The position numbers were made by a program, and so were the translations under genes. The notes under the pieces are model-generated. The model was not told the DNA's origin. It searched no databases and saw nothing but the letters and a program-made list of their open reading frames with translations. Shown one piece after another: positions 1 to 11,948 of a stretch of 46,723 nucleotides of DNA. Source of the stretch: Octopus bimaculoides (Eukaryota). The first letter of the stretch is position 1. Each line of letters starts with the position of its first letter. The DNA lies in contig NC_068982.1 in the NCBI RefSeq assembly GCF_001194135.2, positions 3,494,010 to 3,540,732 of the forward strand, written 5' to 3'.

Positions 1-140
1 ACTGGGTACTGCACACATTCTACTCAAAACACTTTCAATACAGTAAACATAAGAGCACCACAGCAAACCACAGCACATACCCAAGGCGCACAGAGCTGCG
101 CTCGGTAGTGAAGTGAAAGCACGTTATAAAAATAAAACTA

Positions 141-145
<5 letters not shown>
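1..145 (+). mobile_element. R4/Dong-like RLE non-LTR retrotransposon, extreme 3' end
   Basis: Frame from nt 2 reads LGTAHILLKTLSIQ*, matching the LQKxxLLGTAxILRKVL terminus of R4/Dong ORFs. A short 3' UTR runs into (AAT)n(AAC)n at 146-237. Confidence 0.65.
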
Positions 146-178
<33 letters not shown>

Positions 179-233
179 CAATAACAACAACAACAACAAT
201 AACAACAACAACAACAACAAGAACAACAACAAC

Positions 234-418
234 AACATCGAAAAATACCTTAGGAATGAGAATCCAGGTTCGAAATTTCCCCAAGACACCTGAAGAAGGC
301 TGGAGGGTATATCAGCCGAAACGTTGTGTTAATAACAAACAAGATGAGGACAAATATCCGTCAAATGTAAATAATGTAAATAATGTACATAATTCCTCAT
401 CTCTTAAATATAGAACTG
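234..418 (+). mobile_element. Family A tail (hammerhead-bearing non-autonomous retroelement); head absent
   Basis: AACATCGAAAAATACCTTAGGAATGAG...CTGAAGAAGGCTGG...GAAACGTT...AAATATAGAACTG; the same sequence recurs 7 more times in the window. Confidence 0.85.
285..330 (+). ncRNA. Minimal type I hammerhead ribozyme (Penelope-like)
   Basis: Stem I GACAC(285-289)/GTGTT(326-330); CUGAAGA 290-296; extra A; stem II GGCTG(298-302)/CAGCC(313-317); GAAA 318-321; palindromic ACGT in place of stem III; predicted GUU cleavage after 325. Confidence 0.75.
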
Positions 419-1352
419 AATTGTTTATCTCTGATAAAACTCAAAGAAAAGGAAAGGGGGCAAAGGAAGAATGCCACCAAGAACAATGCTTCTTATCTCG
501 ACGAATTTAGCGTAGAAAATACAAGAAAGAAGGTGACACTCCTTTGCTTTTCAAAACGTTATTCTCAATCATTTGAAGAAGATCCTAGAGCTGTACCTCA
601 TTCAGGAGGTTGAGAGATCAGTCGGATTATTGATGCAGAGTAGAGGATCCATTTACTACAAGGTGAACAAATTCGAGAGCGAAAGGGAAAAGAAACTAAG
701 TCAAAAAATGTGTGGGCCGGGGCCAAATAGCCGAAAAGGTAGGAGCAACAGCAAACTTAGACATGCATATTATGGTTGCTTGTACAACAGTTATCCAGAG
801 TATCAACTGTTACAACTACAAAAATACCCGAAACGGAAACAAGTAAAAATTTCTTCACTAACAATGAGATCAGATGGTCCCTAATAGATAGGTGCGTCTC
901 TAAGGTGTGCCTGAAATGTACGGTAATCGAAAGGAAACACAAGAGCCTTCAGGAATCACTGAAAAAGAAAAAGGGTCAGAAGAAATTGTATATTAGACGG
1001 GAAACATGGGATTAATATCGGGATTCCCATAATTGTAGACTGTCGCTTGAAATTCACACCAAAACTTTGAGTTACTTAAACACTCCTTAGAAGATGAGAG
1101 AAATGTCGAAGTTCAACCGAATAAATGATTGAATACTTTCAAGACAGCGGCTACCCAGCCCTATGTATGTGGGTTGCCTTTATTTCTATACATTTTTATT
1201 TGCGGGCAACCAATTTTTAGCTTGTATTAATATATATATTTTCCCTATCTTCGAACGTTCATCTCCTAACACTTTTAAAGCGTTTTGTACGACGTGTTTT
1301 ATATTGTATGCGTGAGTCCTTGTAATCAATAAAAAAGAGGATTTTATTATTA

Positions 1353-1405
<53 letters not shown>

Positions 1406-2857
1406 GCATGGTTCTGAGTTTGGGTCATTTCAACGGGGTCATTTCTAAAGATTTAGTGACAAGCCCCGTACACAGTGAAGACTCTTGAAAGAATAGATGA
1501 TGACAGCATTTTCTGACTCCGTTTTCTGCATCTCCATTCTAATATCACTCACTCTCTTCAGAAGTTGTTTTCAAATTGATCGCAGCAGCTTTATCAAAAC
1601 AAGAATAGGATACCTGCATAAAGATACTCAAACCAAACCCGGTAACTTTATACGTTTTTCCTCTTTCTTTTGATTATTCTCTGCTGTTATTTACTACAAC
1701 ATTTATTGTGTCACATAGTTTTCTGTTTTTCTCTATTATGATCATATCTTGCTCTCCATGTTTCTGTGAAAGAGTTTGTTTTCACAGACAACATCCCATA
1801 TGAATTATAATAATAGTTTCTGTCATGTGATTTTTCATCTACTTTGAATCCAAATTTCTTACAGTGTATTTTCCTTTACAAAATATCGTCGTTTTTTCCA
1901 TGCTATTTTGTGCTCTTTTGATACGTTGAATTATATGAATTCATACATTCATTCATGCGCTATATTGACGATAGGAGCCCACGAGAAAACATCTACCTTA
2001 TCGAATGACTTACAAGAAAATTCCCTTTACATCGCATCATGCAGTCTCAGAAAAATATACACGGATAATGTTGTCCTGACTGATTCTAGAACAACGAAAT
2101 ATCTACGGTCGAAACGCCTTTTGTTATAGATCGACTCGATGGAGACTGACCTGTAGCTAAGCAATAACACCGGCGATAGTTTTATCAACGTTTCCGCATC
2201 ACAATCACCATCTTACGTTTTGTTAATTTTTACTTCCATAAACTTTCTTCCAATCACTTGTTCTCGCTCTGATTATACCGCTTCATTTATACCGCTTTAA
2301 GTGAGCAATAAACCCTTTACTTTCGGGTTTTCCCTATTTTCCTGTTGGTGACAGAGACGAAAGAAAATTTCCTGGAAATCACGATACACAGATAATGTTT
2401 TGAGCTGAGTGGGGGTGCAAGATTCCCTTATTCAAAAATATAAAGACACAGACCATGTCATATAGCCAGCTGGAGACGATGCCTCATGGGGCTAAATTAC
2501 AGCAACATTCGTCTTAAACCAGGACTGCCATGTTATGTTGGCAAATAATCTTTACTCCAAAGTGACAAAAGAATTATCTGTAACGCAGTGAATAAATATC
2601 TCAACGGGACTTCGTTTGAAAAGGACCTGTTTTGAGGATTCTTGCTAATATTTGCATACATCGATAATATACATCAAGGGAAATACATTATGTGTTTCTT
2701 GTGGTTTCTGGTGGGAAGGATTTGACCTTCTGCTACAATTAAAAATCCTTCAGTCTCTGCTTTGAGTTCTGATATTCTCAGCCATTCTTGGGATTTTGCT
2801 TTGTTTATTTCTTTGCTGGAGTTTTTATTTCTTTTGTCGACATTACGCTTTATCTTT

Positions 2858-2957
2858 TCAGGGACGATAAAATAAATACCAGATGAGTACTGGGGTCGAT
2901 GTTATCGACTTATTCGCCCCCCACCAAGTTACTAGCCTTATGCCAAAATTTGAAACC
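2858..2957 (+). mobile_element. tRNA-derived SINE family B, 3' fragment
   Basis: GATAAAATAAATACCAG...TACTGGGGTCGATGTTATCGACT motif shared with the other family B copies. Confidence 0.7.
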
Positions 2958-2992
2958 CTTCTTCTTCTTCTTATTATTATTATTATTATTAT

Positions 2993-3027
<35 letters not shown>

Positions 3028-3038
3028 TTATTATTTAT

Positions 3039-3570
3039 TGTCTTTGCACAGCTTCTATCGCTGGAGATGTACTGCGGTGTCAGCTGTTCACCCCTTATTT
3101 TTCGAGCGGTTCCAAGCAGTGCTGTTTTCTGCAAGTGCTCCACCCTTATTGCAGCCCCTATTTGTTCCACCTACTTCTCGAAATTTTTACTCACTGTTCC
3201 CAGGGCTCCGACAATTATTGGTATTACTACCATCTTTTACAGCGACCACAACTGCTTAACCTCCCAAGCTAACCTGTCATATCTCTCGACTTTTCTTTCT
3301 TCCTTATCGCATACCTTGTTGTCAGCTGAGCATGCTATATCTGTGATCCAGCATCGATTGCTTTGTTTCTCAATTACCACTATGTCTGGTTTCCTATTCT
3401 CTATCTTATGGTTGCACTGAATCATAAAATCCCATAGGATTTTTGCATTATCATTTTCGATGATGCCGTCGGGTTTATGTTTGTACCACTTTTTTGCTCT
3501 GTCAAGTCCACACTTGTTGCACATTGTCCAGTGGACAATATTTGCTACACTTGATGCATAATGTCCAAAT
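3039..3570 (-). mobile_element. R4/Dong-like LINE, 5'-truncated, RLE domain
   Basis: VANIVHWTMCNKCGL..WYKHKPDG..KILWDFMIQ..RKPDIVV..DIAC..KEERKVERY..LW; IVGALG; LQKTALLGTARKIR. Flanked on both sides by (TTA)n/(CTA)n. Confidence 0.85.
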
Positions 3571-3573
3571 TAC

Positions 3574-3640
<67 letters not shown>

Positions 3641-4235
3641 TCTTTTTATTACAGGATTTTTTTAGCGCTCCTGGAGTGTTGCATGTGTAGCAGGTTTACT
3701 ACCTGCAGCCTACGTTTCCATGTTATTCGTTCTTTTCAGCTATCTAAAACTTTCCTGATTATTCTGGCCGTACCAAGGAGGCAAACCTTTTGTAACAGTT
3801 CTACTGGGCACTCTATTCCAATTTCCTTTATATTCCACTTGATGCCTTCTCATACTGTTCCCAAGGACCCAACAATCGGGTTATTTCGTACTTAAAAGGG
3901 TTGTATTTATCTATCTTTTCGCCTTCCTTTTTATCTATTTATGGGTCAAAGTGGCACGCAACATCAACCATATAGCATATGTGGTGCATCTTGTCCACCA
4001 CCACTAGGTCCGGTCTGTTATGTTCTAGCACCTGATTTATTTTGGATTGGGAAATGCCAGAGGATTTTGCTAGTCTCCGACTCCGCCACTCTCTGCGGTT
4101 TGTGCTCATACCACATCTTGCCTCTCTCTAGCCCCCACTTTTCGCACAGTTTCCAATGAAGCACTTTCGCTACCTGATCGAATCACCACAACTTGTAGTG
4201 CTTTTGAGCGAGTCTAGGGCATTCGTTCCTTATAT
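3641..4235 (-). mobile_element. Second R4/Dong-like LINE, 5'-truncated, degenerate RLE domain
   Basis: Minus strand, with stops and frameshifts: HIRNECPRLAQKHYK..DQVAKVLHWKLCEKWGL..WYEHKP..KILW..HNRPDLVVVDK..VDVACHFD..IVGSLG..LLQKVCLLGTARIIRKVLDS*. The 3' end abuts (TTA)n at 3573-3640. Confidence 0.85.
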
Positions 4236-4236
4236 G

Positions 4237-4395
4237 GGCAAGAAATCTTACATACAAACAAAAATACCCTGTTGTTGATGTTGAAATTCCAATGAAGGAG
4301 CCTTGAATGTAGGTTAGAAACCGGATCTTTCTCTATTCGCAAGAAATCTTAAAATAAAACTAAACAATAACATACATACATACATACATACATAC
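4237..4395 (+). mobile_element. Family D short repeat associated with (TACA)n
   Basis: CCCTGTTGTTGATGTTGAAATTCCAATGAAGGAGCC...GGTTAGAAACCGG...CAAGAAATCTT..AATAAAACT. Other copies at 11853 (+) and 16789 (-). Confidence 0.75.
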
Positions 4396-5578
4396 TTATA
4401 CGTAAAACAGGTTTGTGCTCAGTTTTTGCAGCTCAAATTCCATTCACAAGATATTGATCAAGCTGAGGTTGATGTAGAAGACACATGATGCACAAGATAC
4501 TGCAAAATGGGATCGAAAATTGAATCCCAATGTTACCAAATAAATTTCATAACAACGCAACCAAAAACCTTGCCAAAAGGGGTCAGGGTTTGACTTTTCG
4601 TCTTTAGTCTTCCATTGTGTTGCTTTATTGCTATGTTTTATGTTTAACCCCCATTCTCTTTCTTTATAATCATTCTCTTTTGTTCCTTCTCTTCATTCGC
4701 AACTGATATTCCGGCACCTTTTTCCTCACTTTCTCTATTATACTTATTTTGTCCTACAATTTCCAAGTATATCTTGCTTGATTCATTGCGAAACATTCTG
4801 CTGCGTTCCACCTGGTCTAAAAGTATTGCAGTGTACATATAACATACCGCGTATTAGCATGTTTCTTTCTGGTACGGTTACCATTTTTATATCATTCAAT
4901 TTTCAGCCTTTTATGAGAAGACACCAAAATATTAAAAGTATTGGTAATCTTCATATATTTCTCTTTTTAATGATATTCCTTCCATTCTAGTTTTTGAGAT
5001 GTATTTATGATTCACAACTTTAAATTTCATTTCCATTTATTGCACCCTATAATACTGCAATGCGTGCAAATATTTGAATATTTTCCCCCTTGAGGTATTC
5101 TTAATACATTCTTACTTAGCAATGGTGATTCCTTCCCAATGTCTTTGTTATATTCTCTTTATTACAAACATGACACACTTAACAAGTTTGAAACCATTTA
5201 TAAACATTACATGTTGGATTCCTTTATGTTTAAGCTGGGGTGGATAAGTTTGTTTGCTCGAAACATGTACAAGTGAGCGAATGAAACAGAAACGAAGAGA
5301 AATAGCGATAATTAATCTTCTTGTGTATTAATTCTTCTCATCTTAATGTGTCCTCACAAACTCTGACATGTCATACACCTAGCCAAGAACCCATTCTTGC
5401 CTCAATGAAGTTTTTCTTTTCCTATCATGAATGGCAAATATATTGAAGCGTTCTAGAATCTAAGGACAGTCTATCAAGTCATATTTTTGATGGTGGATTA
5501 ATCCCGCTCATATGGACTTCTCCGAACTGAGGCATCATCTTTTCTGTTTAGTATACTGTAGGTTTCTTCCGTATATAT

Positions 5579-5900
5579 GTTCTGAGTTCAAATCCCACCC
5601 AGGTCGACTTTGCTTTTCATTCTTTCGGGATCGATAAATTAAGTACCAGTTGCGTACTGGGGTCAATCTAATCGACTGGCCCTATCCCCAAAAGATTTGG
5701 GGCCTTGTACATAGAGTAGAAAAATATATACTGTAGGTCTCTTCCGTATTTACGTTCTGAGTTCAAATCCCCCCGAGGTCGACTTTTCTTTTCATCCTGT
5801 CGGGGTCGATAAGATTAAGTACGAGTTGATTCTTGGGGTCGATGTAATTGACTCACCCCCTCCCCTGAAATTATTAGCTTTGTGCCAAAAATAGTGACCA
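5579..5900 (+). mobile_element. Two tandem 5'-truncated family B SINEs
   Basis: GTTCTGAGTTCAAATCCC..GGTCGACTTT..TTTCAT..TCGGG.TCGATAA.TTAAGTAC occurs twice, 175 nt apart. Confidence 0.85.
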
Positions 5901-7291
5901 ATACACTGTAGGCCCCTGTTTTTCATGATACATTTTGGAATGCTTTCTATCCCTTCGAAGGTGTTTGTTATCCTATTTACATAAAGAAGTATATATATCA
6001 TCAACTATCAAACATAAAAAAGTGTTTTCTCTATCTGTGGCTCATAAAGGTGGTGTCTATAGTTGAAACTCTCTAATTCTTTCTATTTTATCTTTCTGTA
6101 AAGGAGACTAGTCTCGTTCGTCCCCTCTAAACAATATACCACCATGAGATATCTCTCACGTAATAGTAGTATATCACAATAAGATATTTCTAAACATGAG
6201 TACAGAGACGTGAATTACTTCAGCCTAAAACATTGAAATCCATCTTAGTCTATGGATTATCAATTCGTTCTTTTCTCGAGTCTTATCGTATTTTTTTTTC
6301 TTTTCCTTTTATTAAATATATGTTGTTTTACGTCGCTATGTCTTGAAATTCTATTCCCAGTAGACTCTTCTCTTGTCAGAAGAATGTTTAATATTCCAGT
6401 ATCGTTTTATTTACTCACATCTGGCACTTTATTTTCTTATTGTTCTTCAACACAATTCAGTTGTTGTTAGAGTTTTCTTTTGTTCCTAATCATCGCTTTA
6501 TTTACACTGTTTTATCTGCTGAATATATGTAATTATTTCCCCCGTCTTTGTCTTCAATTTTTCTTTTATTTCTGCTTTAACAGTATATACACCACTTTTG
6601 GTCTTAACAGTTTCAATGTAACACTTCATGAATCTTTTTTTTTATGTATTCTTTTTGAAAATTGGGTAAAGCTCTCATAGATCTTCTTTCAAATCTTTTA
6701 CTTGCTTTTCCTGTCTCGCTTTGCACCATAAACACTGATATGTTAATATTTTATTTTAAATTCAATCCCTAATGTTTCTGACAAGTGTACACTTCCATAA
6801 AACTGCGGAGCGTTAAGTGTCTGGGTCTATTTATTTATTACGCTTTTCATATTAAATTTTCTTCCAAAATTACAATTATCGTTTTCCAATGGTCCTATTT
6901 TATTCTATGCACTCAATGAAGTTTCGCAATGTGGAATGATTCTTTTAGTTTAGTATTTTCTGTTATATTCTGAATACTCTGCGAAATAAGTGTTCTTTCC
7001 TCCACGTTGTACAGAATTCTAAGTTCTCAGGTTTTACGTAAGTATTTGTCCGCATGATTTTTCAATGATTCCAAATGAACATTTTTATAGGACTATTTCT
7101 ATTATGAATACCCACATTCTGGTTATCTGGAGACAGTCTTCAAAGAAGAATTGGAAAAATGGAGAAATTCCATTATGTGTATATATATATGTATGTATAA
7201 TATAAATAATATATATATATATATGCATATGTACATACGTATACGTACACACTTACATCTATACGTATATATATATATATATGCATATGTG

Positions 7292-7500
7292 GGCACAGGA
7301 CATCACGAAACGTGTACAACAAACNNNNNNNNNNCACAGGACATCACGAAACGTGTACAACAAACTATACGAAGTACGAGTACATGGAATATGAACTATT
7401 TTTTCGAACAACGAAAGACACAAATGGAAATCAAAACAAACAACTTAAAGAACGAACCTTCATCAGTTGTTGGCTGTTTTTCTACTCTCGTATTTCTAGC

Positions 7501-7505
<5 letters not shown>
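7292..7505. repeat. Dispersed repeat fragment between (TA)n tracts; 31 nt duplicated across a 10-N gap
   Basis: CACAGGACATCACGAAACGTGTACAACAAAC lies on both sides of N 7325-7334. A weakly similar reverse sequence occurs near 1280-1325. Confidence 0.4.
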
Positions 7506-7534
<29 letters not shown>

Positions 7535-8295
7535 GTATGTATGTATGTATTATGCATGCATGTATGTATGTATACTTATTAGAAATACACTTCAGGTTAA
7601 ACTTCACTCTATGCTGGTCCTCCACAGCAACATCCCGTCAAACAACTCCAATTTCTTTGTCCGTATGTACTGGCATATACCAACAAATGGTCGGTCGCTT
7701 TACCATTCTCTGATGCCTTTTATGGTGTATGTATAGATGATATTTCACAAGGCCTGTGTAACTTCCCGTGTATAAAAACCAGAGACAAAGTAATTGCTGT
7801 TTCCAATTTCCCTTTTATTCCACACCTACTTAACTAATTCTCCTTTCTTACATGATTTCGTTGGTTTCTAGATGGAAGGATTTCATCCTGTGTCGCAATC
7901 ATAAATCATCCTTTTATTTCGGTTCTCAGTCCCGCATTTCTCAGCCTGTGTTGCAATTTGTCCTTATTTATTTCCAATCTGTTCAGTTTTCTTGGGTATT
8001 TTCGTACGTAACGGGTTTTCTTGTCATCGTCTTAACAAGACATTCTGCAATCACATTTTTACTTTTAGCTTTTTGTCATATCTTTCTCTTCGCCGCTTTC
8101 TGTCACTTCAGCTTCTGTTCACAATTTGTTGGTTTCTTTGAAGACAGGGTTAGGGCGCGTGTGCGCGCCTGTATGTGTGTGTGTGTGTGTGTGTGTGTTT
8201 GTCTGTCTGTCTGTCTGTTTGTATCATTGGTCTCTACTAGTTTTACAGTCTTGCACTGAATATTTTATAATAGTTTTCTGTTTGTACAAAGTCTC

Positions 8296-8493
8296 GAACT
8301 GCAAGGACCGTTGGAGCGTCGAAAGAATACTTTGCAGCGTCCTCTTTAGATTCTGAGTTCAAATCCAGCCCGAGTTCAACTTAAACTTCCATCCTCCCAA
8401 GGGTAATAAAATAAAGTACCACATAAGTACTGGAATCGACGAAATCGATTGACCCCTTCCTTCAAAATTACTGGCTTGCTACCTAAATTAGAA
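8296..8493 (+). mobile_element. Degenerate family B SINE
   Basis: TTCTGAGTTCAAATCC..TTCCATCC..GTAATAAAATAAAGTACC..TACTGGAATCGAC. Confidence 0.7.
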
Positions 8494-8705
8494 ANNNNNN
8501 NNNNNNNNNNNNNNNNNNNNNNNNNNNNNNNNNNNNNNNNNNNNNNNNNNNNNNNNNNNNNNNNNNNNNNNNNNNNNNNNNNNNNNNNNNNNNNNNNNNN
8601 NNNNNNNNNNNNNNNNNNNNNNNNNNNNNNNNNNNNNNNNNNNNNNNNNNNNNNNNNNNNNNNNNNNNNNNNNNNNNNNNNNNNNNNNNNNNNNNNNNNN
8701 NNNNN

Positions 8706-8733
8706 TGGTGGTGGTGGTGGTGGTGGTGGTGGG

Positions 8734-8806
<73 letters not shown>
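8706..8806 (+). repeat. Compound microsatellite (GGT)n(CGT)n(AGT)n
   Basis: Directly visible after the gap. Confidence 0.95.
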
Positions 8807-11567
8807 ACGTCAGCAGCAACGTCCCCATAATTATTTATCATTCGCGTGCCAAACTCATCAAAATCTCCGTGGTTACCTAGAATGGTAATTTCCTTGAAAT
8901 TTTCGAAGATTTCATTAAAGTCTTACGTAGAAAAACAGATCTGAGTAATCAATGATGTTGGAGGTTGACATTTAAGATTAAAGTCACCATCTTGCAGAAC
9001 AATTATCGATATGGTGCTACAATGAATTTGTATTTATTCAAGAATGTTTAACAGACAGAAAATCGGATATAGCTGTTGTTTATTCCTATTTACAGCGGAT
9101 AGGTGAAGCCACTGAAAATTAAAGGGATTTCAAATTTTAATATTGCAACACTTCTAGCGACACATGAATCGCTACTCTCCAATTCAGATTAGCAAATGGA
9201 TTGGTGCCAGAGGTCTCCGTACTACATCTCTCTAATTCTCAATAGTTCCATCAATCGCACAGTAAATAGGAATACCTGAATAATATCTATTTCGGAATCC
9301 TTAGAAAATTTCTGTCTCTGTTTATCTTTCTCATTCCCTCTGCTTTTCTCCCACTTTTGGCTATGGTTAAATCTTGAGAGAAATGGGTTCTGAAAGTTTC
9401 AAATATGCCGAAGACAAGCTATATATTATGATGGCCCCCATCTGACTCTAACAAGAGTTGGAGGCCCAGAGCAAAGTAAGAAACTATTAGCTCTTCTATA
9501 AATGGTTTGACTTCTTAGACTCTCAGCCAACCTCTGCTTCTATATGTATGTATCTTTGGAAGCATTTATAAGAAATAGAGTGAGATGTATATGTGTATGA
9601 GTTTCACATTAGTTTCTCGAGATGTTGGAAGCGTCTAGATAGATTCAAAGTTACTGAATACATATATAAGAATGGATCGCATACATGAATTTTCCTGATA
9701 AGTAAATCGCATCGGGGCTGCAAGTAGTATGGCACAAAATAATCGTTATCTGTGATAGAATTCCTAGCGATGTGCAAAACAGCAGCCGACATACAATAAA
9801 TGAGAAGATTTTATAGAGCTTTAAATCTGCCTATGAGGCTAGACTGGATTATATGGCTTCTATGTCGAGAACAGGCGACAAATAATTATTGGGTTAATAA
9901 TGAGTGAAATAGAGAGTAGACTTCTGACGATTCCGAAATTTTGACCAGCTACATGACAGACCAATCATTGAACAACAGCAGAAGTTCAATGTTGGAAGTT
10001 ACATCAATATTAATAAACGCGAAATTCTGTCCGTCCGTCTTCGACCCCTGTATCTCAATTTACATTTGCTCTACATAGACATATTGTACTTTTTTGGAAC
10101 CAGGATGATCCTGGGATTGAAAATTTTCCCTTCATTTGGTTCTTGAATGTCCAACATTGGGATCTGATTTTAAAACATTTGGGTTGCTATTTCTAGCAGA
10201 TAAAGCGACCGTGAGAAGTTTTAAACTGAATTTAAAGTAATACCATATTGGCAGGGTACCAATAAAGGCTTTATCATTATTGGTATCTTTAGTTTTGGCC
10301 CGCAGACTCAATTATATCTCCACAGGGGCTAGCGTGAAAGTCCGCACGGAGTGCGGCTTTAGTCTAAGTTAACGTTAATCAGGCTGCTCTTTGATCAAGA
10401 GATGATAGCTGTGACAATCTCGTTTTTTAATCTATAAGACTACGTGTGCCCTTTTTTCTAAAACCAAAAATGATGAGTGTGTCAGTCGGGAGAGATTTGG
10501 CCGTACTTTGTAGCCTGGTAAATGTTTTCAGATAAAATGATGATTAACTGACAATTCAACTCACACATGAATAAGCTATGTTTTTCAGCAGTTTTCAGAC
10601 ACCCCTCAATTGTACAGCTACAGCAAATAATAAAGAGATCGGATTGCAGTAACCATAGAACTATAGCTGCATTCATCACTTTCCTATATGGTAAGATCTT
10701 AGCAAGGTCAGACTTAACTGAAACAATATTAAACTGTCTGGATATGGTGAATGTGTGCTGTTCGGTTGGAGTGAGATATGACTTTAAATGTGTGTCAAAG
10801 CCATAAAGTCAGAGGAATTTTTCCAAATCACGCCCAAGTGGTGTTTGTTTATCAGAAGAATGTTCTGGCTTCTCATAAAAGAATTGTCCAACCAACAGAG
10901 TACTCCAAGCTTTGATTCCGAATAATATAAAGTAATCTAGTTTCAGTCATACTTTCCTGGCGTACGATATATTCTCAGATGCACTGTACAAAATTGTTGA
11001 TCTGTGGCTGAGTTCTTCAGACAACTCTTCAACTCGGTTATGCTAAATTCTAGAATTTATAACATAAAATATCTTGAACAATCACTTCTGTTTTATTGGC
11101 GGTTTCATTAATTCACAAAACCATAGAACAAAATATAAAAAAGAAATAGAATATAAAAGACAGTTTTCCTATGTGCTTATAGCATTGGTAAACTCCCAGT
11201 ACAAGACTAATCCCGTTGCTTATGTTGTTAACTTCCCTGTTAAAGTTCCCTTTTTTTAATTATGCTTTATTGCCAAATACAAAGTGTGACAATTATGGGT
11301 TCTGAGGCATCCTTGTGTGTTGTTTGCATTCAATTTATAGCGAATTACAAATCAGGATTACTAACAATTACTTCCTGGTCGAGCGAAATATAAACTGAAT
11401 CTAAAACTTCCTAATCTAAACACAAGGATTTGTAGAGCGAATATTTTTTGATCATGTTACTGGAAACTGGATTACGTAGCAAAATCATTGTCGTTACAAA
11501 AAGAAAACAGATATAGATGAGCATTTCCTGAACTGCAGCAAGACTGGAAAATAATAATAATAATAAT

Positions 11568-11750
11568 TTGTACTGTTTGTCAAGTCACAACAAGGACCTC
11601 AAACAGAGAGTACTTTACGCAATATGCATGCAGTTCCAAGTAAGGCAATACATTTAGATTGTAGGATATTTCTAAAGTTTCCAGATGTTTCTTCAGCTTG
11701 GGTTGTATTGAACCCAATGCTCCGATGACAATAGGGATATATATGAGCAT
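11568..11750 (-). mobile_element. R4/Dong-like LINE 3' end
   Basis: PIVIGALGSIQPKLKKHLETLEI..(frameshift)..LLGTACILRKVLSV*. The sense-strand tail is (ATT)n, opposite to the other copies. Confidence 0.8.
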
Positions 11751-11852
11751 GTCTAGATATGCAACTATATGCATGAGAATACATACATAAAACAAAACGT
11801 ACAAATCTGCACATATACATACATACATACATTCATACATACATACATACAT

Positions 11853-11948
11853 ACCCTGTTGTTGATGTTGAAATGAAGGAGCCTTCGATCTAGGTTAGAA
11901 ACCGGTTCTTTCTCTATTGGAAAGGAATCTTGAAATAAACTGAATAAT
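11853..11948 (+). mobile_element. Family D copy between (TACA)n tracts
   Basis: Matches 4267-4370, with a small deletion at TTCCA. Confidence 0.75.

Noticed and set aside
256-510. Recurrent peptide MRxQVRNFPK.PxEGWRVYQPKRC seen in several ORFs
   Set aside because: It is the family A tail read in frame. Copies break the frame freely and nothing suggests coding constraint.
420-1015. Overlapping ORFs 573-884 and 776-1015
   Set aside because: Possibly a degraded retroelement, but no diagnostic motif could be identified.
4560-5270. Lysine-rich minus-strand frames, possibly a LINE C-terminus (similar at 6250-7130, 28290-28620, 38730-39110)
   Set aside because: Too degenerate to assign by eye; would need a translated search against TE proteins.
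7294-7365. 31-nt direct repeat
   Set aside because: Straddles a 10-N gap; assembly artefact.
7400-7470. CTGATGAAGG on the minus strand near CGAAACGT on the plus strand
   Set aside because: The two half-motifs are on opposite strands, so no cis hammerhead can form.
10338-10370. CCGCAC-GGA-GTGCGG hairpin followed by CTAA, a possible Helitron 3' end
   Set aside because: No 5' TC end or second copy visible; short hairpins arise by chance.
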